NCBI GenBank assembly: GCA_026706565.1
Contig: JAPOYM010000071.1
Location: 1 to 62,142, forward strand
DNA from: a bacterium
GTDB taxonomy: Bacteria; Actinomycetota; Acidimicrobiia; Acidimicrobiales; CATQHL01
Reading direction: 5' to 3'
DNA length: 62,142 nucleotides
This document shows positions 58,874 through 62,142 of the stretch, piece by piece. Under the pieces are notes generated by a model. The model had not been told where the DNA came from, ran no database searches, and was given only the letters and a program-made list of their open reading frames with translations. The position numbers were made by a program, and so were the translations under genes. The stretch's first letter is position 1; every line of letters begins with the position of its first letter.

Positions 58874-60022
58874 ATGGGCACCGAGAAGCGAGCGCGCCAG
58901 AAGGCCGGACGGCAGGCCCGCCTGGCGGCGCAGAAGGCGGAGCAGGCCCGAACCCGGAGGCGTCGCACGATCCTGCGCGTCGGCCTCGTGGCGCTGGCTG
59001 TCGCCGGGGTGTTCCTGGGCCTCACGTTGAGCGGGCGCGACGACGAGGCGGAGTTGGACCCGGACGAGGTCGCGGCCACCGAGGACACCGTGGGCCCCAT
59101 CGTCGGCGACGCTGCGGCCGAGGCGATCGACGAGGTGACCGGCGACAGCCCGACAGCCGCCGACGGCCCGACAGCCGGCGAGGCGACCGGCGACGACGGC
59201 CCGACAGCCGGCGAGGTGACCGCCGACGACATGATCGGCGACGAGCCGATCGGTGCTACGACGGTGCCTGCCACCGAGCCCGACGCGGCGCCCGAGGCCG
59301 ACGGGCGCGACGACGTGACCCGGAACTCCGACGAGGCTGGCGAGGATGCCGCCGCGGGTGCCGGCGAGGCCGGCGGCGGCGGGTTCCCCGAAGGCGTGGC
59401 GGGCGCCGACTACACGCCCTACGGCTCTGAGGAGTACGGCGAGGGGGAGTGCGCTCCCGCGGGCGGCGCCGACGAGCCGGTGCTGGACTTCGCCGGGGCG
59501 CCGGCTCTGTGCATCGACACCTCGGCGCCGCACACCGCGGTGTTCGACACCAGCCGAGGCACGGTGCGGGTGGCCTTGGACGTGACCAACACGCCCGGCA
59601 CGGTGAACAGCTTCGTGAACCTGGCGCGCTTCGGCTACTACGACGGGACGCTGGTACACCGCAGCGACCAGAGCATCGGCATCCTGCAGGGCGGCTCGCC
59701 GCACACCAACGACGCCGCCGACCCGGGCCCCGGCTACACCCTGTGGGACGAGGGCACCGGCTTCACTTACCGGCCGGGGCAGTTCGTCATGGCGCGCACC
59801 GGCGCACCCAACAGCGCCGGCGCTCAGTACTTCTTCACTGTCACCGAGGCGGCCGGCCTGCTCGACGGCCAGGGCATCTACGTGGTCTTCGGCGAGGTGG
59901 TCGAAGGGCTGGACCTGCTCACCGGAATGCTCGACAGCCATGTGGACGATCCGGCGAACCCCCTGGGCGGCGCACCGGACCCGCCTGTGGTCGTCAACAG
60001 CGTCACGATCGAAGTGGGCTGA
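58874..60022 (+). CDS. membrane-anchored cyclophilin-type peptidyl-prolyl cis-trans isomerase
   Basis: Basic N-terminus plus TM, an acidic repeat linker, then a cyclophilin core (VNSFVNLARFGYYDG, FVMARTG.PNSAGAQYFF). Confidence 0.85.
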   Translation: MGTEKRARQKAGRQARLAAQKAEQARTRRRRTILRVGLVALAVAGVFLGLTLSGRDDEAELDPDEVAATEDTVGPIVGDAAAEAIDEVTGDSPTAADGPTAGEATGDDGPTAGEVTADDMIGDEPIGATTVPATEPDAAPEADGRDDVTRNSDEAGEDAAAGAGEAGGGGFPEGVAGADYTPYGSEEYGEGECAPAGGADEPVLDFAGAPALCIDTSAPHTAVFDTSRGTVRVALDVTNTPGTVNSFVNLARFGYYDGTLVHRSDQSIGILQGGSPHTNDAADPGPGYTLWDEGTGFTYRPGQFVMARTGAPNSAGAQYFFTVTEAAGLLDGQGIYVVFGEVVEGLDLLTGMLDSHVDDPANPLGGAPDPPVVVNSVTIEVG

Positions 60023-60088
60023 GCGGGCCGCCTCGGCGGCGCAAGCCGGGGGCGGATCAGCCGGGGGGCGGATCAGCCGGGGGACGGA

Positions 60089-60748
60089 TCATTCAGGCAG
60101 GCCTTCGGGCCCGATCCGCGCCCCGTCCCGGTACAGGACGACATCGCCGGAGACCTCCCAGCGGTCGCAGCGGCGGATCAGCGCGCTGCGCTCGTCCACC
60201 GCAGCCACGAGCAGCCCCGGCGGCGCCAGCCGGACAGTGCGGGAGATGCGCTCGGCGGACAGGGTGTCGGCGCGGGAGATCATCGCAAGTTCGTCGGTCA
60301 GCCCGAGGCCGAGCGTGAAGGCGCCGCCCCGCACGTCGACCATGAAGTCGCACAGCACGTTGCCGCCCGCCCCGGCGCCGACGACCGTGGCGCCGGCGGC
60401 GGACGCCGCCGCGAGAGCCTCCCAGACGGCGGTCCGCAGCAAGGTCGAGCGGGCGTGCAGGGGCGACCCCCCGGTGAGGTAGACCATGCGCGCCTCCCGC
60501 ACCGCCGCGGCGGCTCCGGCGTCGGCCGCGTCGGCCCGCCGGTAGACGTCGAGCCAGCGGCAGCCGGCGCCTAGCGCCTCGAACCATCCCTCGGCCCGCC
60601 CCCGCAGCTTCGCGGGATTCTCATACGCCGTGGCCGTCGGCAGCACCACGACCTCGGCAGCTCCGCACTCCCCCAGCAGGGCGGCGTCGAAGTCGCAGCC
60701 CGGCGAGAACTCGCCGCCCCCGACGAACGCCAGAGTTCCCCGGCTCAC
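60089..60748 (-). CDS. peptidase S51 / cyanophycinase-like (class I glutamine-amidotransferase-like fold) protein
   Basis: 219 aa. LAFVGGGEF and VYLTGGSP patterns. Confidence 0.5.
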   Translation of the reverse strand: MSRGTLAFVGGGEFSPGCDFDAALLGECGAAEVVVLPTATAYENPAKLRGRAEGWFEALGAGCRWLDVYRRADAADAGAAAAVREARMVYLTGGSPLHARSTLLRTAVWEALAAASAAGATVVGAGAGGNVLCDFMVDVRGGAFTLGLGLTDELAMISRADTLSAERISRTVRLAPPGLLVAAVDERSALIRRCDRWEVSGDVVLYRDGARIGPEGLPE

Positions 60749-61353
60749 GGCGCCGTCCCCCGCGCGCGGAGATCAGCCGTCTCGCCGAGCCGGTGCGGGT
60801 CGGGCCGGGCGACGCCGACGACTACCCGCAGCAGGCCGGGGGGACCGTGCCGCAGCGGGCGGCGGTCCACCGAGGTCACCTCGAACCCGCCGGCCCACAG
60901 CGCTCCGGTTATGTCGCGGGACATCGACATGCCCCACAGGCGCCGTGCCGGGCGATCCAGCCGGCGGCACCAGCGGCGGCCGTCGCCGTCGAGTTCCACG
61001 AACAGCACACGGCCGTCGGATGCCACGAGCGGCCGGAGCGCCGCGACGAGCGAGTCCAGGCGCGGCGCCGCCGCGAGGGCCCCGAACGAGCAGACGGTGT
61101 CGAACGGGTTGCCGGCCCGGTCATCCAGCGAGGCCGGAGGCGCCACGACCAGCTCCTGTACCGACTCGTAGTCGAATCCGCCGGCCAAGGGGCCGCGGAT
61201 GTCCAGCACCCGGCCGCCGGCGCTGCGTTGCATGGCCGCTGCGTCGGGGCGGAGCAGCCGCCGGAGGGCCGTTCCGCCGCCGGCCCACCGCATATCCGAC
61301 CCGGGATCCGACACGGCCCAGTCGCGTCGCCCTGGCGCAACATCCGCGGACAT
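60745..61353 (-). CDS. hypothetical protein, possibly SAM-dependent methyltransferase-like
   Basis: 202-aa ORF with a 4-nt overlap with the downstream gene. The resemblance is weak (VLDI..G...DTVCSFGAL...DGRVLFVE). Confidence 0.35.
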   Translation of the reverse strand: MSADVAPGRRDWAVSDPGSDMRWAGGGTALRRLLRPDAAAMQRSAGGRVLDIRGPLAGGFDYESVQELVVAPPASLDDRAGNPFDTVCSFGALAAAPRLDSLVAALRPLVASDGRVLFVELDGDGRRWCRRLDRPARRLWGMSMSRDITGALWAGGFEVTSVDRRPLRHGPPGLLRVVVGVARPDPHRLGETADLRARGTAP

Positions 61354-61508
61354 GGCGACGGTCCTCCCGAAGCCCGCTCAGAAACCACTCGGCGGCAAAG
61401 GCCCCGAGACCGCCGGACCCTGGATTCCCGCCCCGGATCGGCTCCGGGGCAGGCCCTTCGCCGGAACGACATCGGGCAGGACACGGCAGGGCATCACCCG
61501 GCAGTCGT

Positions 61509-61682
61509 TCAGCGCCACCAGCGGCCTGCGAACCGCCACCCGGACCGCTGCGGCGCCGCCCGGGGGGGCTCGGGCCTCCGCAGCAGCAGCCCGACGGCGG
61601 CCGCGATGGCCGCGACCTCGCCGTCGTCGGTCGGCGGCGGCGTCACCGCGACGATCCCGGAAGCGTCGCCCGGACCGCTCAC
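61509..61682 (-). CDS. acyl-CoA carboxylase epsilon subunit
   Basis: GTG at 61682 overlaps the carboxyltransferase stop (GTGA). The 57-aa product (...TDDGEVAAIAAAVGLLL....SGW...) fits the AccE pattern (E.AAL.AVL...W). Confidence 0.55.
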   Translation of the reverse strand: MSGPGDASGIVAVTPPPTDDGEVAAIAAAVGLLLRRPEPPRAAPQRSGWRFAGRWWR

Positions 61683-62142
61683 AGCGGGATGACGCCGTGC
61701 TTGCGGCGGGGACGCTCGGCACGCTTGGTGCGCAGCGCGTCGAACCCGGCGATCACCTTGCGCCTGGTGTCGGCCGGATCGATGACGTCGTCTATGTAGC
61801 CCCGCTCGGCGGCGACGTACGGGTTGGCGTAGCGCTCGATGTAGTCCTCCACCAGTTCGTCGCGTCGGGTCTCGGGGTCGTCGCTGTCGGCCAGCTCGCG
61901 CCGGTGAAGGATCTCCACGGCGCCCTGCGGGCCCATGACCGCCAACTCGGCCGACGGCCAGGCGAAGCACAGGTCCGAGCCCACCGACTTGGAGTCCATG
62001 ACGACGTAGGCGCCCCCGTAGGCCTTGCGCACGACCACCGAGATGCGCGGCACGGTCGCCTCGCAGTAGGCGTACAGCAGCTTCGCCCCGTGGCGGATGA
62101 TGCCGCCGTACTCCTGATCGACGCCCGGCAGGAACCCCGGCA
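61679..62142 (-). CDS. acyl-CoA carboxylase carboxyltransferase beta subunit (PccB/AccD-like), C-terminal part; continues past window end
   Basis: PRISVVVRKAYGGAYVVM...GYIDDVIDPADTR...KHGVIPL is a typical PccB C-terminus. Confidence 0.85.
   Translation of the reverse strand, partial: PGFLPGVDQEYGGIIRHGAKLLYAYCEATVPRISVVVRKAYGGAYVVMDSKSVGSDLCFAWPSAELAVMGPQGAVEILHRRELADSDDPETRRDELVEDYIERYANPYVAAERGYIDDVIDPADTRRKVIAGFDALRTKRAERPRRKHGVIPL

Noticed and set aside
1-62142. tRNA, rRNA or riboswitch genes
   Set aside because: Eye-scanning of the intergenic regions found no T-loop (GGTTCGAATCC-like) context outside coding sequence and no rRNA-like stretch. A tRNAscan/Infernal run would be needed to be certain.

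Overview
High-GC window, probably Actinomycetota. Inference from an acyl-CoA carboxylase epsilon-subunit ORF, a nested lysC alpha/beta arrangement, frequent GTG starts and 4-nt overlap coupling. No rRNA, tRNA, CRISPR array or integrase was recognised by eye. Layout: (1) 0-34.6 kb holds catabolic and transport operons. These are a D-amino-acid cluster (D-aminoacylase, RidA, D-Thr-aldolase-like), a sugar-type ABC transporter, an SDR/acyl-CoA ligase/P450 set, a TRAP transporter, an AtuA-like/ACAD/BKACE operon, hydantoinase A/B, SMP-30 and DapA-like genes. A 2.4-kb AT-richer islet at 9.0-11.4 kb interrupts them. (2) 34.8-49.8 kb is a tightly packed co-directional operon that I do not recognise as a described system. 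It encodes two small SD-preceded ORFs, a coiled-coil membrane protein, a lipoprotein, a JAB(JAMM)-E1 fusion, a small possibly E2-like protein, a TM-vWA protein and an OmpA-CAP lipoprotein. These are followed by a single-chain fused RNA polymerase beta/beta-prime homologue (1811 aa), a sigma54-like protein and a bEBP-like AAA+ ATPase. Three copies of a -24/-12-like motif (TGGAC-N5-TTGCTG) lie in the upstream intergenic region. (3) 49.8-53.2 kb is an AT-richer reverse-strand cassette with an HD-domain protein and a paralogous stand-alone module. (4) 53.2-56.9 kb holds an Xis-like HTH, an AAA/PD-(D/E)xK ATPase, a DUF4143-type ATPase and a 77-bp tandem array. (5) 56.9-62.1 kb holds housekeeping genes (deoxyribosyltransferase, aspartokinase, cyclophilin, S51-like, accE, pccB-like). 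Other notable items: a candidate UxxC selenoprotein made by two ORFs joined through an in-frame TGA; a poly-G(13) tract that separates a secreted-protein ORF from its SD, ATG and signal peptide; and an in-frame 936-bp tandem duplication that makes a double DctP. All calls come from reading the ORF translations and DNA by eye. No database search was run.
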